From Candidatus Marinacidobacterales bacterium (GTDB lineage: Bacteria; Acidobacteriota; Vicinamibacteria; Marinacidobacterales; DATDRI01): a stretch of 64,000 nucleotides of DNA. Below the pieces are notes generated by a model that searched no databases, was not told the DNA's origin, and worked only from the letters and a program-made list of their open reading frames with translations. The translations under genes were made by a program, and so were the position numbers. How positions within the stretch are numbered: position 1 is the stretch's first letter; each line of letters begins with the position of its first letter. This document shows positions 11,474 through 20,989 of the stretch, piece by piece. The stretch covers positions 4,480,001 to 4,544,000 of the forward strand of contig CBDCNP010000002.1 in assembly GCA_965219415.1 (NCBI GenBank), in the 5' to 3' direction.

Positions 11474-11803
11474 TCAGCTTGCACATCCTGTAGCTATGTT
11501 GAGGGCCTGGCAAACCGCAGTCATCTTCTCTGGCCCGACGCTGCCGATAAAGCGTTTGAGGCGCGCTTTGTCCACGGTCTGCACGTGATCAAGGTTTATC
11601 GCCGATTCTCTCTTCAAGCCTTCGTCGGTCCCAACGATGACTTCACTGGGGGCTCCATGCATCGTCGAGGTGATTGGGGCGACCATGACGGTCCGCAGCA
11701 TTTCAATAACTTCTTGTCGGGTGAGCACCAAAACCGGGCGTCGTTTGTCCGGCGGCGCGAACGTGAACATCCAAATCTCACCGCGATTCAGTCGAGAGGC
11801 CAT
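11474..11803 (-). CDS. PemK/MazF-family toxin
   Basis: 'RGEIW...PDKRRPVLVLT', 'VAPITST', 'SAINLDHVQTV'. Confidence 0.9.
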   Translation of the reverse strand: MASRLNRGEIWMFTFAPPDKRRPVLVLTRQEVIEMLRTVMVAPITSTMHGAPSEVIVGTDEGLKRESAINLDHVQTVDKARLKRFIGSVGPEKMTAVCQALNIATGCAS

Positions 11804-12021
11804 TCGCCCTGCTCCTCCCAACCCTTGTATTCCTCGCCGAGACCACCTTCCTTGCCATAGGCTTGGCGGTACTGATCTGCGATGGAGCGTCGCCGTCGCC
11901 GCCGGATGTACTCCTTGACGGCACGGCGCAGTACGGCGGACCGTCCCTCACGCGTCACTTCTTCGCTGTTGTCGAGCTCCGCGAGCAACTGCTCGTCGAA
12001 AGTCACCTGTATAGCTTTCAT
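11788..12021 (-). CDS. Ribbon-helix-helix (CopG-like) antitoxin
   Basis: 'MKAIQVTFDEQLLAELD...RSAVLRRAV'; overlaps the toxin start. Confidence 0.85.
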   Translation of the reverse strand: MKAIQVTFDEQLLAELDNSEEVTREGRSAVLRRAVKEYIRRRRRRSIADQYRQAYGKEGGLGEEYKGWEEQGEWPLD

Positions 12022-12081
12022 GTGGGTATTCTATATTGTATATAGATGTTGGTCAATTGCTTGCTGGAAGCAAGCGATACG

Positions 12082-12250
12082 CGTCTGGTCAAAATAATCG
12101 AACGCCCAGCGGGTCAGCAGTTTGCACCTTTCCAAAGGCCGCTTGAATCAGCCATTGCGGTCGGATACGTATTCCAGTTCAGCGGGAAGAATCATCAAAG
12201 CAAGGAGAATCTGCTGCTGTTCCCAGCTAGCGACCAGTTACCTCAGTCCG
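12082..12250 (+). mobile_element. Left part of a non-autonomous T/V element, interrupted at an 8-bp TSD
   Basis: Starts CGTCTGGTCAAAATAATC; 12189-12250 matches 16065-16126; the sequence continues at 25555. Confidence 0.7.
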
Positions 12251-13205
12251 GGTGCTTCCGCCATCAAGTGTTGCTACGCGGCTGCGGGCAGTGGTACAGG
12301 TGCGGAAGAGACCGGGTTGCGCACCCTAGTGAGCCAGAAAACCTCGATCCGCAACCACAAAGGAATCGTCGTCGCCAAGAAGATGTCTCGAAAGGTGAGC
12401 CGTCGCGTGGTCAGACCAGCCTGCATAGCCGGAGTTCGGATCTCACGTCCGAACTTCAGAGCTCCGTGCGGTCGGACGAAGTTGTAATAGCAACGGAGCA
12501 ACTCCAGGTGCTCATCGAGCCTCTCCGTCGAGCGAGCGTGGGAAAGTGTTCGTCTCGAAAGGTATGCCGAGCTTTGCCGGATGATCAGATTCAACCGCTC
12601 GATGAACGACGTGTTCAATGTCGAGGAGTCCTCGGAGTTATTGAGCGCGTCTTCGAATCGCCACGCGGCTCCGTGCAGCGCTCTCCGTTCGACCTTGATG
12701 ATACGATCGTTCCTGCGCGTTTTTAGGACCTGGCCGTAGAGACACGCTGGACCGAAGAAGCGACGGATGACCTTCTGGTAGAATTCGAATCCATCCGTGA
12801 CGATCAAGGGAAGACGCTCGAAATTCATCCGCCTCGAAAGGTCGCGAAACAGAGCGTGAGTGTTCCGGTAGCTTCGCCTTCCCGTCACCGTCGATGGCCA
12901 GAGCCGAGACCAGACCTCGATTGTAACGAAGACCCAACTCGGCGTCTTCTTGTTGCCCGCGAACGTGCGAATCTCGTCGGCTTGAAGCTCTTCGGCAGCG
13001 AAGCCGGCGATCCTTCTGTGATTGAATCGACGACACACTTGGGCTGCCTTCTCAAGCCAGCGGGCGACGGTGTTCCAGGCAATCCCTTTGATCCGGGAAA
13101 TCGCAGCAATGCTGACACCCTCGACTCTGAGAGCGATGACCCCATCGAAAGTAGCTCTTCGATGTTGGAGACGGTAGTAGGGCGTGCCTTTCGTCGAAGA
13201 GAACG
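12251..13205 (-). mobile_element. IS1-family element copy C, 5'-truncated by rve IS copy 3
   Basis: Near-identical to copy A. Confidence 0.9.
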
Positions 13206-14491
13206 TGTGCATCGTCAAAACTGCTCCGCCCACGAAATCAAGGACTTACGCTCCGCTTGAATTCCGGGCCGAAGACGGCGAAACTCCGCCGCTATGCTCA
13301 ACGTTGTTGTCTTCCTCGTCTCACTTGGCGTCCGTGCCATTCGGGCGATGTGTCGGCGCCGCGCCGACCTGGTGTTGGAGAACGTCGCTTTGCGGCAGCA
13401 AGTGACGGCGCTGAAGAAAGAGCGCCCACGCCCACCGCTCGACGACACGGAACGGGTTTTCTGGGTTGCCCTTCGAGGTTCGTGGCCCGTGTGGGCGAGC
13501 CGCCTGCTCATCGTCCACGCGGACACCGTAGCCCGTTGGCATCGCGATCGATTCCGACGGTACTGGGCAAATATCTCGCAGCGCCGCCATCCCGGTCGGC
13601 CTCGGATTGATGCCGAGATTCGTCGCCTCGTCCGCACGATGGCGCAAGACGGCTGGGGGGCGCCACGCATCCATGCTGAGCTCACCAAGCTCGGTTTCAT
13701 CATCTCCGAGATCACGGTGTCGCGATACCTGCCGCGGCGTCCCGCGGAGCCCGACCAGCTGAAACGATGGATGGCTTTCTTGCGCAACCATAAAGACGAT
13801 ATCGCCGCCATGGATCTGTTCACCGTGCCCACCGCGTCGCTCCGGCTGCTGTACGGCTTCTTCGTCATCGAGCACGGTCGCCGGCACATCGTTCACTTCA
13901 ACGCCACGTTCCACCCGACGTCTGCTTGGGTTATTCAGCAACTCCGCGAGGCGTTTCCCTACGACACCGCTCCGAGATATCTCATCTTCGATCGCGACTT
14001 CATCTTTAACACTGCGGTCATCGAGTTCATCAAGGCAACGGGCACAAAACCCGTTCGCACTTCGTTTCGCAGCCCATGGCAAAACGGAACCGCGGAGCGG
14101 TGGGTCGGCAGCTGCCGTCGCGAGCTCCTTGAGCACGTCGTGGTTCTCGGTGCATGTCATCTCATCCGGCTCGTGCGAGCTTACATCAGCTACTATCATG
14201 AGGACCGTTGCCACTTGGGGCTGAACAAGGACACACCGAGCTTGAGGACGGTCACGCACCGACCGTCTCCTACGGCGAAAGTCGTCGCACTGCCGCGAGT
14301 CGGTGGACTGCACCATCGATACGAGTGGCGAGAGGCAGCCTGAGTCAGCTTGGTCGCTCGCGTTACTCGGCTGGTCGCCGAGAAGTTCGTCCTCAGCACC
14401 TTCCCTCGCGCGCTGACCACGCTCTCCAGCATGTGCTCGAGGGCGGTCCGGGCCCTAGAGTCCAGTCCCGGATTAATAATGATGATGGACA
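13206..14491 (+). mobile_element. rve IS copy 3 (transposase 13294..14343)
   Basis: TGTGCATC...GATGGACA; no TSD. Confidence 0.95.
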
Positions 14492-14847
14492 ACTGGTTCT
14501 CGGTGAGCGATGAAGAACAGGAGCGTCGGTTCAAACAGCGCATCAAGGACCCCATGCGCCGCTGGAAGATCAGCGAGATGGACTTGAAATCGCGCGGGAA
14601 ATGGGTCGAGTACTCGATGGCCAAGGACGAGATGTTCAAATACACCGACATCAAGCAAGCGCCCTGGTTCGTCGTGCGTGCGGACGACAAGAAGCGGGCC
14701 CGACTCAATGTAATCGCTCACTTGCTAGATCAGATTCCCTACAATGAGCTCAAGGACCCCAAGATCAAATTGCCGGATCGCCAGGAGAACGTCGGTTACG
14801 TTCGGCCGCCGATCACCGAACAGACTTTTGTTCCCGAAGTGTACTAG
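14492..14847 (+). pseudogene. ppk2: Polyphosphate kinase 2 C-terminal fragment
   Basis: 'WFSVSDEEQERRF..RIKDPMRRWKISEMD', 'APWFVVRADDKKRARLNVI'; 5' part removed at the IS end. Confidence 0.9.
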
Positions 14848-14969
14848 GAAGAAGAGACCATCTTAGAGGAGACCGGATGTCCCAATTGAAAAATTTGCGC
14901 ACTTCCCTTGTTCTCGTAGCCCTGCTTGCCGCCACGCCTTCCTTCGCCGGCGACGGCGAAATCACCGGC

Positions 14970-15135
14970 GGTGCTTGCGCCATTTACTGTTGGTGATGTG
15001 TGCGCATCCCTTTGCAAAAGAGGCGCTTACGCTCCATTTAGCGCGCAGCGAAGGTCACGAGCGCTATTTGGGCTGTAATTTAATGCACCATATAGCCTTA
15101 GCGTCATCTCACCAACACTTGATGGCGGAAGCACC
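14970..15135 (-). mobile_element. MITE M1, complete (166 bp)
   Basis: GGTGCTTGCGCC...GGCGGAAGCACC; truncates a signal-peptide ORF starting at ~14877. Confidence 0.9.
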
Positions 15136-15193
15136 GAAGTTGGCGCAAATAGAGTGCTGGATGATTTCGAGGTTTGGTCAATTCGAATTCCGC

Positions 15194-15248
15194 TGTGCCT
15201 TCTATTCATTCATCCGCGCGCACCGAACTTGATTAGTCTCCGGTCTGC
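15194..15248 (+). repeat. X end / MITE M3 fragment
   Basis: TGTGCCTTCTATTCATTCATCCGCGCGCACCGAACTTG. Confidence 0.8.
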
Positions 15249-15399
15249 TGCCTTGGTGCACAACTCCGATAGAGGCCGAGAGCTCGCTTGGCCCCGACTC
15301 CCATCATCCGATCATCTCGCTATCAGGCATCCCGAGCGCCGTCATGGTGTTGAGAATCTTGCACCCGATCCTTGCCTCACCTCTCTGTGCCGCCAACCC
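15249..15399 (-). mobile_element. IS5-family (IS903-group-like) 3' remnant
   Basis: Reverse strand 'AQRGEARIGCKILNTMTALGMPDSEMIG*'; terminus GCCTTGGTGCACAA. Confidence 0.7.
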
Positions 15400-15471
15400 C
15401 GTCCTGTGCCAAAACTCGGCCCTTTTGAAATAGACCATAAATCAGCAGCTTAGCGACTGGGCCAAGGGCCC
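15400..15471 (-). repeat. Y end
   Basis: CGTCCTGTGCCAAAACTCGGCCCTTTTGAAATAGACC. Confidence 0.85.
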
Positions 15472-15630
15472 TGTGCCTTCTATTTTATTCATCCGCGCGC
15501 CCCGAACTTGATTAGTCTTCGGTCTACCGGCACCATACCTACATGATTTCGTCGTTTGTTCTTACTCTCATCTCTGCCTTCAAGGCTCGTCGCGAGCTGG
15601 TGCCCGCGGATGAATAAAATAGAAGGCACA
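15472..15630. mobile_element. MITE M3 with two X ends (159 bp, 26-bp perfect TIR)
   Basis: TGTGCCTTCTATTTTATTCATCCGCG ... CGCGGATGAATAAAATAGAAGGCACA. Confidence 0.9.
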
Positions 15631-15744
15631 GGTCGGAAGACAGCCCTGCGGCGCGAAATACCCTCGATTCTGAGCGGATTCCAAGGGCGTCTAAGCTGCT
15701 GATTTATGGTCTATTTCAAAAGGGCCGAGTTTTGGCACAGGACG
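15631..15744 (+). mobile_element. Partial MITE M2
   Basis: 3' part of M2 ending in the Y end. Confidence 0.85.
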
Positions 15745-16039
15745 GCATAGAGTCCGTGTCCGCCCCGCCTATCGCGGAGCACCCGTGGCCGAATCACGGC
15801 GGAGGACAACGATGGAGCCTGACCAGAAGCCCGCTGCGCTGGACGGTTCCCCCGCTGATGCTCAGGGTGCCGACCATAATGATGATGAAGGTCACGCAAC
15901 CGATGCACCGATGGGTGCTTCCGCAGTCAAGTGTTGGCGGGCCGCCGCGTAACCTGTTCGCGTGCTAGAATTTTAGCCTGATTTCGAGAGGCGCAGTTCT
16001 TTCGTCGATGCCGGCTGGGCCGAGTTTTGGCACAGGACG

Positions 16040-16210
16040 ACGTCGTTTACTATCACCACGAGAGGAATCATCAAGGCAAGGAGAATCTGCTGCTGTTCCC
16101 AGCCAGCGACCCGTTACCTCAGTCCGAGCGCAAGGTGCGCTCCCGTGAACGGCTTGGCGGGTTGCTACGTTTCTACCATCGGGAAGCCGCATGAGTATTT
16201 TGACCTCACG
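16040..16210 (+). mobile_element. 3' end of an rve integrase gene plus V end, between two Y ends (16039, 16265)
   Basis: 'YHHERNHQGKENLLLFP...RERLGGLLRFYHREAA*' then GTATTTTGACCTCACG. Confidence 0.85.
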
Positions 16211-16307
16211 ACTAAGCTGCTGATTTATGGGCTATTTCAAAAAGGCCGAGTTTTGGCACAGGACGGGCTCAATTCCTTAGAAGTTTGACAAGAGCGGGAG
16301 GGAAAAA

Positions 16308-16484
16308 ATGAGTCGCAAGATGGTTTGTAGCGAGTGCGAGTGCGGGGTCGATATCTGCGACACGCTTTCCGACACCAAGCGGCTGTGCTGCGTCTGTTGG
16401 GCGCTTGAGCAGGAAACCGAGACGCCCTACGAGTCCATGTGCTCGAAGTGCTCCGAGCGCGTGAAAGAATGGAACGGACTATGA
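16308..16484 (+). CDS. Small Cys-rich (putative Zn-binding) protein, 58 aa
   Basis: GGGAGG RBS; MSRKMVCSECEC...CCVC...CSKC; stop overlaps the ATG of the next, truncated ORF. Confidence 0.6.
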   Translation: MSRKMVCSECECGVDICDTLSDTKRLCCVCWALEQETETPYESMCSKCSERVKEWNGL

Positions 16485-16563
16485 GGCTTGAGGTCGAAAA
16501 CCTGATGGGAATCGAGAAGGTTGAGTTCGACCTTCTCCCGGGCCGGGTGGTCGAATTCGTGGG
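16481..16563 (+). pseudogene. N-terminus of a probable SbcC/RecN/AAA-type ATPase, cut by a mini-MITE
   Basis: 'MRLEVENLMGIEKVEFDLLPGRVVEFVG' stops just before the expected Walker A. Confidence 0.5.
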
Positions 16564-16625
16564 CGTCCGGTCAAAATACTCGAACGCCCAGCATCGGGAA
16601 GCCGCATGAGTATTTTGACCTCACG
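16564..16625 (+). mobile_element. 62-bp minimal MITE (T end plus V end)
   Basis: CGTCCGGTCAAAATACTC ... GAGTATTTTGACCTCACG (16/18 inverted match). Confidence 0.8.
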
Positions 16626-16897
16626 GCCACAATCGCCTCGGCAATGGTGACGTTTTGATGCATGGTCACCTCGCCAGGCTCTGCGCCGATGATCCCTCCG
16701 ATGAGGTTGCCGACTTCCACCGGCATGTCCCACCAACCCTCCGCCCACGCGCGAACCCCGCGAGTCGCCCATGTCTCGGAGTACTCCCTCATGCGGTCGT
16801 GGACATCGCGCGGCATGGCACCCAATGAGTTGCTAATCATGTAGACGGTGTTCTTAAGGATGGGAAATTCGGTTCGCCAAGCTACAAGCTCGTCCAT
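16626..16897 (-). pseudogene. Kynureninase/class V aminotransferase N-terminal fragment
   Basis: 'EFPILKNTVYMISNSLGAMP', 'RGVRAW', 'IIGAEPGEV..HQNVT'; cut at the V end. Confidence 0.8.
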
Positions 16898-17230
16898 GCT
16901 CTTGTCCTTAATACAGCGCGTCGGCCCTCACCTCCCCAGAAGCGCGGGATCGTAACAATCATTCGATGTTCTCAGCCAGACGGTCTAACGCCGTCCTGAG
17001 AGTTCAGCAGTTTGGTCTTTCCCCCGAGCGGTGCTGTCGGTTGAGAGGAAGCTGATGTGCTCTGTCAAACTGGTCGAGGCCTGGTTCCTCCGAACCGGGA
17101 AGGGGCAATCGTCCCGAGAGAACGTCGAATCAGAATGCTCTAACACGTCGCGAGTCTTTTCGTCTCTCGTTTCGAGCCGCTTCGTCGAGAAATTGTAACG
17201 GCTTGTGGCGTTGAGGGCAAACGAAAAACG

Positions 17231-17372
17231 GGTCTACGCGGATTCGTGTGGGTTGAAAACTGCATTTCTGGGTAATGGCGGAAGGAAAGCCGCCACGATC
17301 TTCAGCTTGAGATATTCCTCGTCGCGATAGCCGTAGGCGCGTCGTTGCAGAACACGGATTTTGTTGTTGACC
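17231..17372 (-). mobile_element. ISL3-family 3' remnant with right end
   Basis: Reverse strand 'NNKIRVLQRRAYGYRDEEYLKLKI'; terminus GGTCTACGCGGATTCGTGTGGG. Confidence 0.85.
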
Positions 17373-17520
17373 TGTGCCTTCTATTTATTCATCCGTCAGC
17401 CCAATGGGTCGGAAGTCAGCCCTGCGGCGCGAAATACCCTGGATTCTGCGCGGATTCCAAGGGCGTCTAAGCTGCTGATTTGTGGTCTATTTCAAAAGGG
17501 CCGAGTTTTGGCACAGGACG
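17373..17520 (+). mobile_element. MITE M2
   Basis: X to Y, 148 bp; no TSD. Confidence 0.9.
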
Positions 17521-17819
17521 GGATGATTCAGGCGGACGTGAATCGAGACCGTCGGCAGTACGAGGAGACGGATGACGACAGGGACGCGCGATTGATTTCG
17601 TACCTGATTGACGTGCTGTTGCTTGGCAGACACGCGGAATTCCCACATGCTGGTTCGTCCGCTGGAGAATCGGTGATCGCGAACTGGAGTCTGGTTGGCA
17701 GGGCCATGACGGGACGACTTCGACCCGACTGAGATATCGGCTTCAAACGGGAAGCCGCATGAGTATTTTGACCTCACGGGAGGACGGCGAGCTGCTCCCG
17801 AAGAGTGACATTCTCGAGA

Positions 17820-17948
17820 GCTAGCTCGCGACGAACCTTGAAGGCAGAGATGAGAGCGGGAACCAACGACGAAATCATGCCGGCATGGTGCTGGTAGACC
17901 GAAGATCAATCAAGTTCGAAACGCGCGGATGAATAAATAGAAGGCACA
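17820..17948 (-). mobile_element. MITE M3 fragment ending in an X end (a V end lies at 17748-17778)
   Basis: Reverse match to 15472-15600. Confidence 0.8.
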
Positions 17949-18045
17949 GGCGGAAGCTGGAAGGCAATTTCACGTTCCTGCTGATGACTGACAACGCAGC
18001 CTGAGCATTCTACGATCTACAACATCTTGGGCATAACTCCGCAAA

Positions 18046-19452
18046 CTATGGCCTTGCGTTGCGAAGCCTCAGGGACATCTGTCGATACGTCTCACAGTTC
18101 TTGACACAGGCCACAGTCTCTCTTTGCGTAAACCCCATCGCCCTCATAAAGCACGCCTCAAGCAAAAGACGCAGGACCCAATTGTAACGCACTGCGCGCT
18201 CTGACGACTGCGAGTTACCCTCATCGGCCGCTTGTACAGGAAAATGGGTGAAGGCATTGCGAAGCTCCACTATTCTTCCAACCCACTGCTCCGGATCCTC
18301 CACCAATACTTCTAACGTCTCCCTGTGCTCGCAGACCAACTCTCCCAGCCGGTGACGCAGAGAATACTCATTCGCAAACTTGAGCCTGGAGTCGATCGCC
18401 CGGCGTAGCCGGGCTTCCACCGTAGCGGGGATCGCTGCAATCAAGGGCTTGAGAACTTCGGTCTCGAACTTCTCCTTTCCCGTCATATAAAGTCCCTGAT
18501 AGTACCGCCGATGGAGTGCTTCCGCGGCCTGTGTAAGAAACAGGAACTTCTGTTCAACAAAGCCTCTACCGTGGACGCCCTCGAAATACAAAGCCCGCAC
18601 GTAACGCAGATCTTCCGACTGCGACAACCATGCGCCGATCACCCGTGAAACGTCACCTTGAATATCAGCCAAACGAAACAGCCAGAATGATGCTTCCCGC
18701 TCACGTGCCTTGTAGATAGGAACTGCATGATAAGTCCCGTATTCCTGAAAATCTCCATCTTGTGACCGCAACAACGACGTCTCAGTCCTTTCACAACGAC
18801 TCAGGCTGGCTATAGACAGAAAATCGATCCAGGCGTGTATGAGGTCGTCAAACCTCGACAAAGCGCGCGGCTCTTTGGCCTCAACCTCGAAGCGAATTTC
18901 TTCGTGTATAGACAAGTCGTGCCGGGCATGGGAGTATGAACATGTGGGCCTAAGCGACACGCGGAAGCAGCCATCATCATGCACAACATGTGGCGCCTGA
19001 GCAGTGTAATGTACCGCAATGTTCGGAAACTCCACGCTATGATCATCCTTGATGCCCGAGTGTCCCCACCACTCGTTGAGAGACCTTAGCGACACAGAAA
19101 CCGTATCCAACAAAGGATCCTGGTCACAATGAAATCCCTGGATCACCGCGTTGGCGTAGACTTCGACCGAACGTGGTCCGCCTTGTAGGTTGAGGTTCGA
19201 TGACTTGTGGTAGCATCCTATAAGCGTAACCAATTTGGCCTTCGTCGTAACGCCGACAATAGTGGAGTCTTCTGAAATCAGACGCTGTTTTAACCGTGGA
19301 GGTCCCTGGACGACCATCGGTACAGTAAGGCGAAGAGTGCCACCTTCACGGTCATCGAAGCGGAGAGTGCCGCTCCATTTCTGACCCGGGTTTGTTGGAT
19401 CCCACCAATCTCCATCATGCTCAAAAGCCGCGGTCTCCTGTTTTGGGTTCAT
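18046..19452 (-). CDS. ApeA-like HEPN protein (ApeA N-terminal domain plus HEPN), putative anti-phage RNase
   Basis: N-terminal 'GDWW.P......SGTL.F', 'FLFLTQAAEALHR', 'NEYSLR.RL', HEPN R-x4-H 'RNAFTH'. Confidence 0.8.
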   Translation of the reverse strand: MNPKQETAAFEHDGDWWDPTNPGQKWSGTLRFDDREGGTLRLTVPMVVQGPPRLKQRLISEDSTIVGVTTKAKLVTLIGCYHKSSNLNLQGGPRSVEVYANAVIQGFHCDQDPLLDTVSVSLRSLNEWWGHSGIKDDHSVEFPNIAVHYTAQAPHVVHDDGCFRVSLRPTCSYSHARHDLSIHEEIRFEVEAKEPRALSRFDDLIHAWIDFLSIASLSRCERTETSLLRSQDGDFQEYGTYHAVPIYKAREREASFWLFRLADIQGDVSRVIGAWLSQSEDLRYVRALYFEGVHGRGFVEQKFLFLTQAAEALHRRYYQGLYMTGKEKFETEVLKPLIAAIPATVEARLRRAIDSRLKFANEYSLRHRLGELVCEHRETLEVLVEDPEQWVGRIVELRNAFTHFPVQAADEGNSQSSERAVRYNWVLRLLLEACFMRAMGFTQRETVACVKNCETYRQMSLRLRNARP

Positions 19453-19773
19453 CTGAGATTCGCCAAACGCTACGAGCTTCTCAAGATTCGCAGAAAGATC
19501 ATCTCGGGGACGCCTATCCGCCCGCTCTCACACTCCAATTCGCGCGTGTGTCACCGAAGCAGGGGGACCACCTGTCCACGGTCACCAGTTAGATGCTCCG
19601 ACCAACCCAACTATCTTACCGCATCACCAGCTCTCCGACACCGACGGCTTCGCACGACAGCCGCCCGGATCGGCACACCGCTCAGCCGAGTTCGGTAACA
19701 ACCGGCGCTGTCGAATACGACATCGGCCCACGAACTGGTAATATATGGCTAAGCTATTCTCAATTGTGATGTT

Positions 19774-20793
19774 ATGGTTGAGTCAACTTATGTTTCGGAT
19801 CACCCGATCAGGCGTGGAGACGAAGACCGGCTCGATCGCCAACCGTTCGCTGAACGGCTCGCCAAAACTCTCGTAGAGCGACAAGATCTAAGTAGCCTCG
19901 TGGTTGGGATCTACGGGCCTTGGGGCGATGGCAAAACCTCTGTTTTGCACATGATGGAGGAGGTTCTCCAGCAGTCGACCGATGTCGTTATCGTTTGGTT
20001 CAATCCATGGTATTACGAATCTGAACATCAACTGATCGACATTTTTTTCTCCAATCTCGCCGATGCAGTCCAAAAGAAGCTGAAAACCCAGCCCGAAGAA
20101 TTCGGCGAACTATTGAGGACATATAGCTGTTTCCTATCCATTGCGAGCCGCTCTGTCGGCCAAGCGGCAGAACAAATGGGAGAAAAATTGTCGGCAGTCA
20201 CGCTTGAGGATTGCAGGGACCGCATTGCGAAGACTCTGTCAGACCTCGACGGCCGAGTGGTCGTCCTCATCGATGATATCGACAGACTTGAACGACGGGA
20301 AATTCAAGCGGTCTTCAAGCTCGTAAAACTGTCCGCGGGATTCTCAAACATATCCTACGTACTAGCTTTCGACGACAATGTCGTTACGGATTCGCTAGCA
20401 GAGCGATACGGTGGAGGCGACTCTGACGCTGGCCGCGCATTTCTTGAAAAAAATTGTTCACATGCCTTTGCATTTACCACCCGCAGATGAACTGTCACTT
20501 CGTAAAATAACGTTCGAGGGCGTCGATCGGGTTCTGAAGACGGCAGAAATCGATTTGAACGATGAGGAAGTTCAACATTTTGTGAACAATTTCATTCGTG
20601 GAGTACAGTTGCGTCTGACGACACCTCGTCTAGCCAAACGCTATGTGAATGCTTTGACATTCGGCATCCCGATCTTGAAGGGAGAAGTGAATATAGTGGA
20701 TCAAATGCTAGTTGAGGCTGTTAGGATATTTTATCCGAAACTGCACGTCGCTATTCGGACACATCCGGACGTATTTTTGGGCGAGAGGCAGCC
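19774..20793 (+). pseudogene. KAP-family P-loop NTPase, frameshifted (poly-A near 20450) and 3'-truncated by M2
   Basis: 'GIYGPWGDGKTS', 'FNPW', 'IDDIDRL', 'FLEK', 'TPR.AKRYVN'. Confidence 0.85.
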
Positions 20794-20941
20794 TGTGCCT
20801 TCTATTTATTCATCCGCCAGCCCCATGGGTCGGAAGTCAGCCCTGCGGCGCGAAATACCCTGGATTCTGCGCGGATTCCAAGGGCGTCTAGGCTGCTGAT
20901 TTGTGGTCTATTTCTAAAGGGCCGAGTTTTGGCACAGGACG
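20794..20941 (+). mobile_element. MITE M2
   Basis: X to Y, 148 bp. Confidence 0.9.
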
Positions 20942-20989
20942 CGGTGGCCTCCAGGCCGTGGAAAACTTGACAATACCGTTGGGAACAGG

